21,143 bases of DNA, from positions 1-21,143 of the forward strand of contig JAQBGU010000079.1 in the NCBI GenBank assembly GCA_032128375.1. Direction: 5' to 3'. The notes below the pieces were generated by a model. The model saw only the letters and a program-made list of their open reading frames with translations, ran no database searches and was not told the origin of the DNA. Origin of the DNA: Deltaproteobacteria bacterium (GTDB lineage Bacteria > Myxococcota_A > UBA9160 > SMWR01). A program made the position numbers and the translations under genes. Numbering within the stretch: position 1 is the first letter of the stretch; each line of letters begins with the position of its first letter. Shown piece after piece: positions 1-7,829 of the stretch.

Positions 1-62
1 CACATCCTCCCCTCCTCTTTTTTTGGGGGGGGGGGGGGGGGGGCCGGCCCCCCCCCCCGACC
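1..62. other. Low-complexity poly-T/poly-G/poly-C contig end, probable sequencing or assembly artefact
   Basis: A T run, a G run of about 19 nt and long C runs. The protein-like minus-strand frame (...KDSQYFLLPWLR) degrades into G/P/K runs exactly here. Confidence 0.75.
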
Positions 63-1025
63 CCGCAGCCATGGCAACAGGAAATACTGGGAATCTTTCA
101 TTTCCAGTGAGTGGTCGAGTGCCTCGAGCGATTGCAGAAGCAGGCGAGTGGTGCCCACCGCCCCACACGCGACATAGACGCGTTCTGCGTCGAACTGGGT
201 ACGGTCTCCGGTGTGACGCTGGACACAGCGGATGGTTACCTGTTTGCCACTTTCTTCCAGTCGCTCGACCACCACGTCGGGCACGTATTGCACGAGTGGG
301 CTCGCCAACAGTTCGTTCAACGTGGCTGACGCATCGTAGATGAGCCGGTAAGGGCAGCTGCTCAAGCACATGGCGCAGTAGCTACAGCCCGGCAGGTCGC
401 CTTTGGGCTGTGCACGGACAGCGACACGCGACTGCCCAAACCGGAAGCCTGCGCGGTTCAAGCGTGGGCGCGCATTCGCGAGGTCTGCCAGCAGCGTTTG
501 GATCTGTGCACTTTGCGACAGCGGCTGCGGAGAATCACAGTGCAGTGGGAATTCCGACTCGAGATCGTCGCTCTGCGCGGACAGCGGCATCCAGTCCGTG
601 ACCGCGCGGTAGTGACGTTCGAGGTCACGTGCTGCGGTCGGCCAGTCGAGCAACTCTTTGTCCAGGTACGGCAGCACGACCGCCCCCCACACCGTGCTGA
701 AACCACCCCGAGCGAGAGTCGGCCGGGTTGCTGCGCCGATGTTCTCGAACGGGAAGAAGCGTTCGACTTCCTGATAGGGAAAGTCCGAGCCAAACGTGAA
801 TTTGAGGGGAACCCCGCCTAGCGTGGCCGGCATCTGGCGCTTGACCTCCGCGATGTCGCCGACCGACCAGTCTGCGGGAGTCTGCATGGCCATCTCGCTC
901 ACACGCCGTGCGCGTTCGGGCTCCAACGTGACGCCTGCATCGAGAATCGTGACCTCGCGCCCGTGCTTCGTCAGGGCCTTGGCAGCGGAAACACCTGCTG
1001 GACCCGAACCGATGACGTAGATCAT
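3..1025 (-). CDS. GMC-family/FAD-dependent oxidoreductase with a ferredoxin-like Cys cluster (3' partial, runs off the window)
   Basis: Manual translation from the ATG at 1025 gives MIYVIGSGPAGVSAAKALTKHGREVTILDAG (Rossmann GxGxxG FAD motif), then ARGGFSTVWGA, GCSYCAMCLSSCPY (351-386) and VYVACGAVGTTRLLLQS. I saw no stop before the window edge, which explains its absence from the ORF track. Sequence is reliable down to about 63. Confidence 0.88.
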   Translation of the reverse strand, partial: MIYVIGSGPAGVSAAKALTKHGREVTILDAGVTLEPERARRVSEMAMQTPADWSVGDIAEVKRQMPATLGGVPLKFTFGSDFPYQEVERFFPFENIGAATRPTLARGGFSTVWGAVVLPYLDKELLDWPTAARDLERHYRAVTDWMPLSAQSDDLESEFPLHCDSPQPLSQSAQIQTLLADLANARPRLNRAGFRFGQSRVAVRAQPKGDLPGCSYCAMCLSSCPYRLIYDASATLNELLASPLVQYVPDVVVERLEESGKQVTIRCVQRHTGDRTQFDAERVYVACGAVGTTRLLLQSLEALDHSLEMKDSQYFLLPWLRGRGGGPAPPPPPPKKEEGRM

Positions 1026-1515
1026 CTTCGCGCCCTGCCACGGCGCCACGGGCCGCGTGCCCATCGGCTGAGTGGAGTGAATTTGAGTCGCGCGCGCGAA
1101 CGATGCAACGATTCCATGGGTGTATTGAGGAGAGTCCGGTGACTATAGGGCAATCGCAAACAGGACGTGTCTTTGGCCGATGCGAGCGAAGTTGCTTTCG
1201 ACTCGCGTATCGATGAGGTGTTCTTCGCTGCCTGGATCAAGGTTCGAATCGCCCGGACTAACTACCTCGCGAACAGAACCTGATGAATCAGGCGGCAGTG
1301 CGCAATTTTACGGACTGGTGGTTGGATGACGAAAACGTGGAGGGGCACGGTCGTGGCGCATCGGAGCATTCGCGGGTTGACGCCACCGAACAGTCTCCAA
1401 CTCCGTGCCTACTATGGAGCAGAGATGTGGTGTGGTATGCTGCGACGAGTCGACCTGATGATGATGGAGGCACAAGCGGCCGTTTTCCGATTTCCTCAGT
1501 GCGGATTTGCTCAAT

Positions 1516-1550
1516 GGGAAATTGGAAGATGGAAGCTGGAAGATGGAACA
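1516..1550 (+). repeat. Imperfect 7-nt tandem repeat (TGGAAGA-like, 5 units)
   Basis: GGGAAAT-TGGAAGA-TGGAAGC-TGGAAGA-TGGAACA within the divergent intergenic region. Confidence 0.6.
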
Positions 1551-1778
1551 ACAATGGCGCCCTATCATCGGGATTTCGCCATAATACCCGCCGTCTCAGC
1601 CCACCTATGATATCCCTGCCGAACCCTTTCCCTCATCGGGGTTGGAGGCGCGAGATACTGCGAGCGCCCGTAGCTACGCGGTGGACCCCCGCGCCCGCAA
1701 CAGACGGATCGCCGGGGGAGTGACCCTTGATAACCTGCGAGCGCTCGTAAGGGCGGCGAGAGCAGTGGAGTCTTTGTG

Positions 1779-3497
1779 ATGCTGATTCTCGGATTGAATA
1801 ACGGGATCGACGCAGGTGCAGCGCTCATCGATGACGGACGCGTTCTGTGTTGCATCAACGAAGAGCGGCTGAATCGGCAGAAGCAGTTCTGGGGCCCACC
1901 TCTGCTCTCCGTCGAGGCGGTGCTCAAAACGGCAGGCGTGGATGCCCGAGACATCGACTACGTGGCCCAATCTTCGATCACCGGAGGTGGTGGGCCTCAT
2001 GAGGACTTCGATCGCCCCCCCACGATCAAACGTCTCGTCGAGCATGTCTCACAGCTGCCGTTATCGCACACGAACTTGCTGAAAAGCGCCTACCGCTTCG
2101 CGTCCTCGCGTGGACGATCGGACGAGATCGTCGATCGGCGTCTGAAGGAGTTGGGCATCACTGCGCCGAAACGCTACATCGAGCACCATCTCTGCCACGC
2201 GGCAACCGGTTACTACTGCTCGCAGTTCGCTGACTCACCAGAAGACGTTCTCATTGTAACGGCCGATGGAGTCGGCGACGGGATCTGTCACACCATCAGC
2301 ACGGTCGGTCCTGACCATCGCATTCACCGTCACCACGAGACGATGATCTTTCACTCGATCGCCGAGATCTACGGCTACGTTACGCACAACCTCGGGTTCC
2401 GATACAACCGTCACGAGGGAAAGATCACCGGTCTCGCGGCTTACGGTGATAGCAGCAAGACGATCGACGTCTTTCGACACGTGATGAGCTTCGATCCCCA
2501 GCGCCTCGAGCTGCGCTGTCACCTGGGGGCCTGGGGGCGACCGGCAGCTCGGAAGCTGCACGAGATGTTGAAGGACCATTCGCGAGAAGACGTCGCGGCC
2601 GGGCTGCAGCGCGCGCTCGAAGAGGTCATGAGCGGGATGGTGCAGACCGCCCTTCGCCGCTATGGAAAAAAATATCTGTGCGTTGCCGGAGGTCTATTCT
2701 GCAACGTCCGCCTGAATCAGGTTCTCTTCGAGCTGCCGGAAGTGGAGGATATCTACGTCCACCCCGGAATGGCCGATACCGGGCAAGGCCTCGGTGCGGC
2801 CTTGGGTCTGCGAGCCGAGCTCGTGGCGCGTCCGAATCCGATTCTGCTTCGCAACGTCTATCTTGGGCCCGGATTCTCTGATGCCGAGATCGAGACGGCC
2901 CTCGAACAAAGCGGTGTACCGTATCGCAAGTGTGAAAATGTCTACGAAGAGACGGCGAAGCTGCTCAATGGTGGCAAGGTGGTGGCCCGCTTCTGTGGTC
3001 GGATGGAGTACGGGCCGCGGGCGCTCGGCCACCGCAGCATCCTGTATCACACGAGAGACGCGACGGTGAACACCTGGCTGAATAAGCGCCTGAAGCGAAC
3101 CGAGTTCATGCCATTTGCTCCTATGGTACTCCGGAAACGCGCCAGCGAATACTTCGAGAACTTCAGCGAAGAGCGCTCGGAAGCGGCCAACTTCATGACG
3201 ATGACCTATCGGGTTACACCCAAGGGCAGTTCCGAGGCGCCCGCGGCAACCCACGTCGACGGCACGGCGCGCCCGCAAACAGTGACCCAAGCCGAAAATC
3301 TCGACTCGTGGTCCATCCTGAAGAGCTATGAGGCGCTCACGGGAAGCGCGATTCTCGTCAACACCAGCTTCAACATGCACGAGGAACCGATCGTGTGCTT
3401 GCCTAGCGATGCCATAGGCGCATTCCTCGAAGGCCACCTCGACGGACTCGCGATCGGCAGCTTCCTGGCACAGCTTCCCGAGTCGCGCAGGGAGTAG
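1779..3497 (+). CDS. Carbamoyltransferase, NodU/CmcH/TobZ family
   Basis: Kae1-like N-domain motifs EERLNRQK, EHHLCHAA, DGVGDG, HEGKITGLAAYG, AGGLFCNV and HPGMADTG. C-domain motifs GRMEYGPRALGHRSIL, HVDGTARPQ and NTSFN. GGAG RBS at 1767-1770; alternative GTG start at 1776. Confidence 0.95.
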   Translation: MLILGLNNGIDAGAALIDDGRVLCCINEERLNRQKQFWGPPLLSVEAVLKTAGVDARDIDYVAQSSITGGGGPHEDFDRPPTIKRLVEHVSQLPLSHTNLLKSAYRFASSRGRSDEIVDRRLKELGITAPKRYIEHHLCHAATGYYCSQFADSPEDVLIVTADGVGDGICHTISTVGPDHRIHRHHETMIFHSIAEIYGYVTHNLGFRYNRHEGKITGLAAYGDSSKTIDVFRHVMSFDPQRLELRCHLGAWGRPAARKLHEMLKDHSREDVAAGLQRALEEVMSGMVQTALRRYGKKYLCVAGGLFCNVRLNQVLFELPEVEDIYVHPGMADTGQGLGAALGLRAELVARPNPILLRNVYLGPGFSDAEIETALEQSGVPYRKCENVYEETAKLLNGGKVVARFCGRMEYGPRALGHRSILYHTRDATVNTWLNKRLKRTEFMPFAPMVLRKRASEYFENFSEERSEAANFMTMTYRVTPKGSSEAPAATHVDGTARPQTVTQAENLDSWSILKSYEALTGSAILVNTSFNMHEEPIVCLPSDAIGAFLEGHLDGLAIGSFLAQLPESRRE

Positions 3498-3886
3498 AGA
3501 GCAAGCTGCGGAAACCGGTATCGGCTCGCGGGCTAGAACAGCGCCGATGCGGGACAAGAATCCTCGATGTCGGGCTCGCCCGGGACGGACCTTAGGCCGG
3601 TAGGTCGACGAAACCGACCCGGCCCGTCACGGCAGACCGATATCGCACCACGTACCAAGCACAACCCTGCGCTGCTTCGGAGTGGGCCGGCAGCGCGACA
3701 GTTTGCCACCTCAATTGAAGTCGCAACAGGTGCGCGAACCGCGCTCGACCGACTAAAGTCCACCAAGCATCGGACCGAATCGGAGGATTGGGGCGTCCCG
3801 ATTCGCTTTCCGGTCGCTGACGGCTGCGATAGACTCATATCCCCTTTCACCCGAACAACACGCAGAACAGCCGGGGATGCGAGGAT

Positions 3887-4705
3887 ATGAACGACGAAAC
3901 GATCGCTGAGTTCGGTGAGCAATGGAGCCGATTCGGTGACACCACCGGCGGCTACTTCGGCTCGGAGCAGGCCCTTGCCGACATCTGTGGCCCACTGCTC
4001 AGCGTTGGGGAGCTGGCGGGTCGCCGTGTGGTCGAGATCGGAAGTGGAAACGGTCGCATCGTCAACATGCTGATCTCCGCAGGAGCCGCGCATGTGACGG
4101 CCGTCGAGCCATCGGCCGGGATCGAAGTACTCAAAGAGAATACGAAGCGCTATGCGGATCGGATCGACTATCTCCAGGTGACGGGTGAAGACCTGCCCGC
4201 TGTCGATGCTGAGATTGCATTTTCGATCGGAGTGCTGCATCACATCGAGGACCCGAGTCCGACGGTGCGCCGGATCCACGAGGTGCTGCCGCCCGGAGGT
4301 CGATTCGTTCTATGGGTGTACGGTCGCGAGGGGAACAGGTCGTACATCGCCCTGGCCGAAGGGCTGCGCTTCGTTACGCGCCGGATTCCGGACTTTCTCC
4401 TCGCGGCACTGGCTCATTTGCTGAACGCGCTTCTCGGCGGCTACGTCGTGCTGTGCCGGTTCGTGCCGCTTCCGCTGCGTACCTACATGCGCGAGGTGAT
4501 GAGCCAATATGACCGTCGTCGTCGCTATTTCCTGATCTTCGATCAGCTCAACTGCGGTTACGCGCGTTACTACGACGAGCATGACGCCAGACGACTGATG
4601 GAGGGAGCAGGCTTCGAGCGCGTGGAACTCTACCACCGGCACGGTATGAGTTGGACCGTGCTCGGCTACAAAGCAGGACGAACCTGCGTGGACGCAGCAT
4701 GCTGA
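3887..4705 (+). CDS. Class I SAM-dependent methyltransferase
   Basis: Motif I VVEIGSGNGRI, then AVEPS, SIGVLHHI and LPPGGRFVLWVYG. FGEQW N-terminus; GAGGA directly upstream of the start. Confidence 0.92.
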   Translation: MNDETIAEFGEQWSRFGDTTGGYFGSEQALADICGPLLSVGELAGRRVVEIGSGNGRIVNMLISAGAAHVTAVEPSAGIEVLKENTKRYADRIDYLQVTGEDLPAVDAEIAFSIGVLHHIEDPSPTVRRIHEVLPPGGRFVLWVYGREGNRSYIALAEGLRFVTRRIPDFLLAALAHLLNALLGGYVVLCRFVPLPLRTYMREVMSQYDRRRRYFLIFDQLNCGYARYYDEHDARRLMEGAGFERVELYHRHGMSWTVLGYKAGRTCVDAAC

Positions 4706-4905
4706 TTTCCCGACTGAACAACGGGTGGATTCGGCGACCGGCTCGCGAGCGCAGGGGGCACGCATCGAGCATCTAGGAGAACGGCCGGGCCGTCCGGCTC
4801 GCGAATAGAGGGCGGACGCAGATTCGTCGGGTGCCACTAGGATCTCGCGCGAAGTCAATCTATCCCGTACTTCCCACGTCGGGGTTCGACACAAGGATCA
4901 ATTGC

Positions 4906-6150
4906 ATGCAGCCGCTGCCCCGTTATCGGATCTACTCGCGATTCCGCGACTATCGCACGATCGCTGCTGATGTGCTGACCGGCCGAACCGGCCGCGGCGA
5001 CGGTACGCGTGATCTCGAAACGGCAATCGAGAGAGAGAACGACGCTGCGCACGCGCTATGCATCGCCAAGGCGCGAGTCGGGATCTTCCTCACGATCCGT
5101 GCCTTGATCGAGCCTGGCCAGAAGGTCGTCCTTTCGCCCTACACAATCTCCGACGTCATCAATATGGTGATCTGTGCCGGCGGCGTACCGGTCTTTGCCG
5201 ATCTGGAGCCCGACACCTGCAATGTCGATGCATCCGATGTCGAACGGATCATCGACGCGGACACCGGCGCCGTGATGATTACTCATTTACATGGGCTGGC
5301 CTGCGATGTCGAGCGAATCTCAGCCGTTTGCAAGGAACGCGGCGTGCCGCTGGTCGAGGATGCCGCGCAGGCATTCGGAACTCGCGTCGCAGGCCGGCGT
5401 GTGGGTACCTTCGGTGATGCCGGAATCTACAGCTTTGGCCAATACAAGAACCTGAATTCGTTCTTTGGCGGCATGATCGTGACATCGAATGCCGATCTCG
5501 CCAACAAGCTGAGGGACGAGGTCAAGGACCTTCCGAATCAGGAGATCGGCTACTACCTGGCGAAGGTGGCCCGCGGCGCCGCCTCGGATCTGGCCACTTG
5601 GCCTCCGATATTCAAGAACTTCACCTACCGGGTGTTCCGCTATGGATTCCTTCACGATGTGGGTCTGCTGAACAGCCAGGTGACGGTCGACATCGACCCG
5701 CAGATCAAAAATGACCTGCCAGAAACCTACTTACGGCGAATGACTCCGATGCAGGCACGCATCGTGCGGAGCCAATTGGCCGATGTCGACGAAAACATTC
5801 GGGTCCGGGTGGAGTTTGCGAAGGCTTACCACGAAGGTTTGAGCGATATCGAGGAACTCGGATTGCCACCGCTGCGAACCGATTTCTCGCACACCTACAC
5901 CTACTTTCCGGTGCAAGCTGACGACCGGGACAAGCTGCTCCGGCACCTCATGCGCGAAAAGCGCGACATGGCCGCACAGCATCTGCACAACTGCGCCGAC
6001 CTCCCGTGCTTCTCCGAGTTCTACCGCGATTGCCCGAATGCGCGGCGAACTGCGCGCTCGGTGATCCTGTTGCCGACCTATCCGCGCTACTCGAAGGCCG
6101 ACGTCGAGCGCAACATCGGGTCGATTCGACGGTACTTCGGACGCAGCTGA
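4906..6150 (+). CDS. DegT/DnrJ/EryC1/StrS-family PLP-dependent (sugar) aminotransferase
   Basis: GGVPVFAD, THLHGLACD, EDAAQAFG, and SFGQYKNLNSFFGGMIVT containing the PLP lysine; ILLPTYP near the C-terminus. Start placed at ATG 4906 after an AAGGA RBS rather than at 4831. Confidence 0.93.
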   Translation: MQPLPRYRIYSRFRDYRTIAADVLTGRTGRGDGTRDLETAIERENDAAHALCIAKARVGIFLTIRALIEPGQKVVLSPYTISDVINMVICAGGVPVFADLEPDTCNVDASDVERIIDADTGAVMITHLHGLACDVERISAVCKERGVPLVEDAAQAFGTRVAGRRVGTFGDAGIYSFGQYKNLNSFFGGMIVTSNADLANKLRDEVKDLPNQEIGYYLAKVARGAASDLATWPPIFKNFTYRVFRYGFLHDVGLLNSQVTVDIDPQIKNDLPETYLRRMTPMQARIVRSQLADVDENIRVRVEFAKAYHEGLSDIEELGLPPLRTDFSHTYTYFPVQADDRDKLLRHLMREKRDMAAQHLHNCADLPCFSEFYRDCPNARRTARSVILLPTYPRYSKADVERNIGSIRRYFGRS

Positions 6151-6151
6151 A

Positions 6152-7660
6152 ATGACCGATGGCGGTTTCAACGCTCCCTTGTTGCTTCGGCGCATGGGCC
6201 TCGCTGGGGAGCCTGCGGATCTGCGATTCGGCTGGCGAATAGTGGCCGCGGTATTGGCGATCTACGCGCTGTCGTTCGCGATCTTCTACCCGGAGGTTCC
6301 CACCAACGATGACGAGGCAAGCTATATCGTCCAGGTTCAAATGTTCCTCGCGGGGGTTTCCGAGATCACCCAGCTCGACGCGATGACCGGTGAGGAAATC
6401 ATCGATGTGCCGTCCACCTACTCTCTGGGGATGTCGTTGATCACAGCGCCGTTCGTTGCTGCCTTCGGTTGGCGCGGCACGTTCGGAGTTGCGTGTTTGG
6501 GCCTTCTGGCGATGGTCGTTCTGACGGGCCGCTGGATCGCCTTGGAGGGGCGCTCGCCGGTATTCGCACTGTTGCTGTTGGGATTTCCTTCGGTTCTGGT
6601 GCTGGGGCGCGTAGCGATGAGTGACGTACCCAGCGGGGCACTCGTAGCTCTCGGAATGTACTTGTTCTGGCGAGGACTCGATCGCGGATTCGGATGGTGG
6701 CTTGGCGCCGGTTTCGTGGCTGGCGCGTCCTGGGTACTGCGCGCGAGCAATCCACTGCTCTTCTTGCCGTTGTTCGTCGGTACGGTATTGCGACGCGAGA
6801 CGAAGGCCCTTGCACTGGTGGTCGGCGGTCTGGTCGGCTTGTCCATCCGGCTGATCACCCACCGGCTGTTCTTTGGCGAAGCGTTCTACGAACGCGCCTT
6901 CTACAAGTTCTCACCCTTGACGCTGGACGAGCGCCTGCCGCTATACCTGCTGGGTCTGGTGATCCTCGTGCCGGGCGGATTGATCTTTACATGGATGTAT
7001 CGGGGACGCCGACGTCCCGAGCTGTTGATTACAGTCGTGGTTTTCATCCTGCTGTATCTGTTCCAGAAGTACAGCTCGATCGAGACGTCTTTGTCGAAGC
7101 GCTTGATTTTGGCGCTGCGTTACATGATTCCGTTGCTACCGGTTCTGGTCTTCGCGATGTCGGAGTCGGTCCCTCGCCTCTGGGAACGGTGGCGGTCGGG
7201 TAGTGATATCGCACGGCGAGTTCGGTTCGAGTTCGCGGCCGCTCGAATCGTCACGTTGTGGGTCGCCGCTATCGGGCTGGGCAGTGCAGTGGTCCATCCG
7301 GCCTTTGCAGCTTGGAGTTCGACGCAAGCGCAGCTGCGGGCTGCGATCCACGGATTCGTTCCCGCCGATGCCGTCCTGTTGACCAACGAGTCCGGCAACC
7401 GAAAGTTCATCGACGAGGTCAATCGCCGTTATCAGACACTCCGAACCGAGAGTTTTCCGCCGGCTCGCGTGTCGGATCTCGTCGCGCAGCACGAAGCAGT
7501 GTATCTGGTCGTGTTGGACCGTTCCGACAGCACCTGGTGGAAACAGGAAACGCAGCGCAATGCAGAGTATTTCGAGCACATTCCCGCCCGCAGTAAGCTG
7601 TTGACGGACATCACGCCCAATTCCACCGACCGGATGAGGATCTGGCGTCTGACCCAGTAG
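6152..7660 (+). CDS. Polytopic membrane protein, probable GT-C-fold glycosyltransferase (PMT/ArnT-like)
   Basis: About 11-13 hydrophobic segments, an acidic TNDDEASY motif in the first external loop, MSDVP and RYMIPLLP motifs, and a soluble C-terminal domain. Starts 1 nt after the aminotransferase stop. Confidence 0.75.
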   Translation: MTDGGFNAPLLLRRMGLAGEPADLRFGWRIVAAVLAIYALSFAIFYPEVPTNDDEASYIVQVQMFLAGVSEITQLDAMTGEEIIDVPSTYSLGMSLITAPFVAAFGWRGTFGVACLGLLAMVVLTGRWIALEGRSPVFALLLLGFPSVLVLGRVAMSDVPSGALVALGMYLFWRGLDRGFGWWLGAGFVAGASWVLRASNPLLFLPLFVGTVLRRETKALALVVGGLVGLSIRLITHRLFFGEAFYERAFYKFSPLTLDERLPLYLLGLVILVPGGLIFTWMYRGRRRPELLITVVVFILLYLFQKYSSIETSLSKRLILALRYMIPLLPVLVFAMSESVPRLWERWRSGSDIARRVRFEFAAARIVTLWVAAIGLGSAVVHPAFAAWSSTQAQLRAAIHGFVPADAVLLTNESGNRKFIDEVNRRYQTLRTESFPPARVSDLVAQHEAVYLVVLDRSDSTWWKQETQRNAEYFEHIPARSKLLTDITPNSTDRMRIWRLTQ

Positions 7661-7751
7661 TACGCCTAGACATCCACGCTAGTATCAAGCCCCTTGCTGA
7701 TGAATGGTCGTCACGAAGAATCTCCATGTCCGGACCAGGAGGCCGAATATT

Positions 7752-7829
7752 GTGTCTGCGATGAAGCTTCTGTTGATCTCACGTCGCAGTCCCCCGCCGC
7801 TGCGCACCGCATCGCGCACTGACGCATGA
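7752..7829 (+). pseudogene. 25-codon ORF resembling the N-terminus of a GT-B glycosyltransferase, possible deletion remnant
   Basis: AGGAGG (7737-7742) lies 9 nt before GTG 7752. Translation is (V)SAMKLLLISRRSPPPLRTASRTDA*. Its TGA overlaps the ATG of the next gene (ATGA, 7826-7829). Confidence 0.4.

Noticed and set aside
25..62. Poly-G/poly-C tracts as a phase-variation switch or G-quadruplex
   Set aside because: They lie at the extreme sequence end where coding sense collapses, so an artefact is more likely. Read data would be needed.
23..343. Plus-strand ORFs 23-343 and 111-329 (also 498-821 and other short ORFs up to 1041)
   Set aside because: Antisense or off-frame shadows of the minus-strand GMC oxidoreductase. 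The poly-Gly/Pro start derives from the low-complexity contig end.
1283..1723. ORFs 1283-1723 (+), 1326-1610 (+), 1288-1554 (-) and 1022-1240 (-)
   Set aside because: No recognisable motifs or convincing RBS, and they overlap one another. Not supportable as genes, although 1022-1240 does end in an ATGA overlap with the oxidoreductase.
3567..3890. 107-aa ORF upstream of the methyltransferase
   Set aside because: R/P/T/A-rich composition typical of translated GC-rich non-coding DNA, with no domain signal.
4756..4771. Possible sigma-54 promoter GGGCACGCATCGAGCA (GG-N10-GC) upstream of the aminotransferase
   Set aside because: It has the GGCACG core and correct spacing but lacks the leading T and the TT of TTGC. 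Such partial matches are expected by chance in GC-rich DNA.
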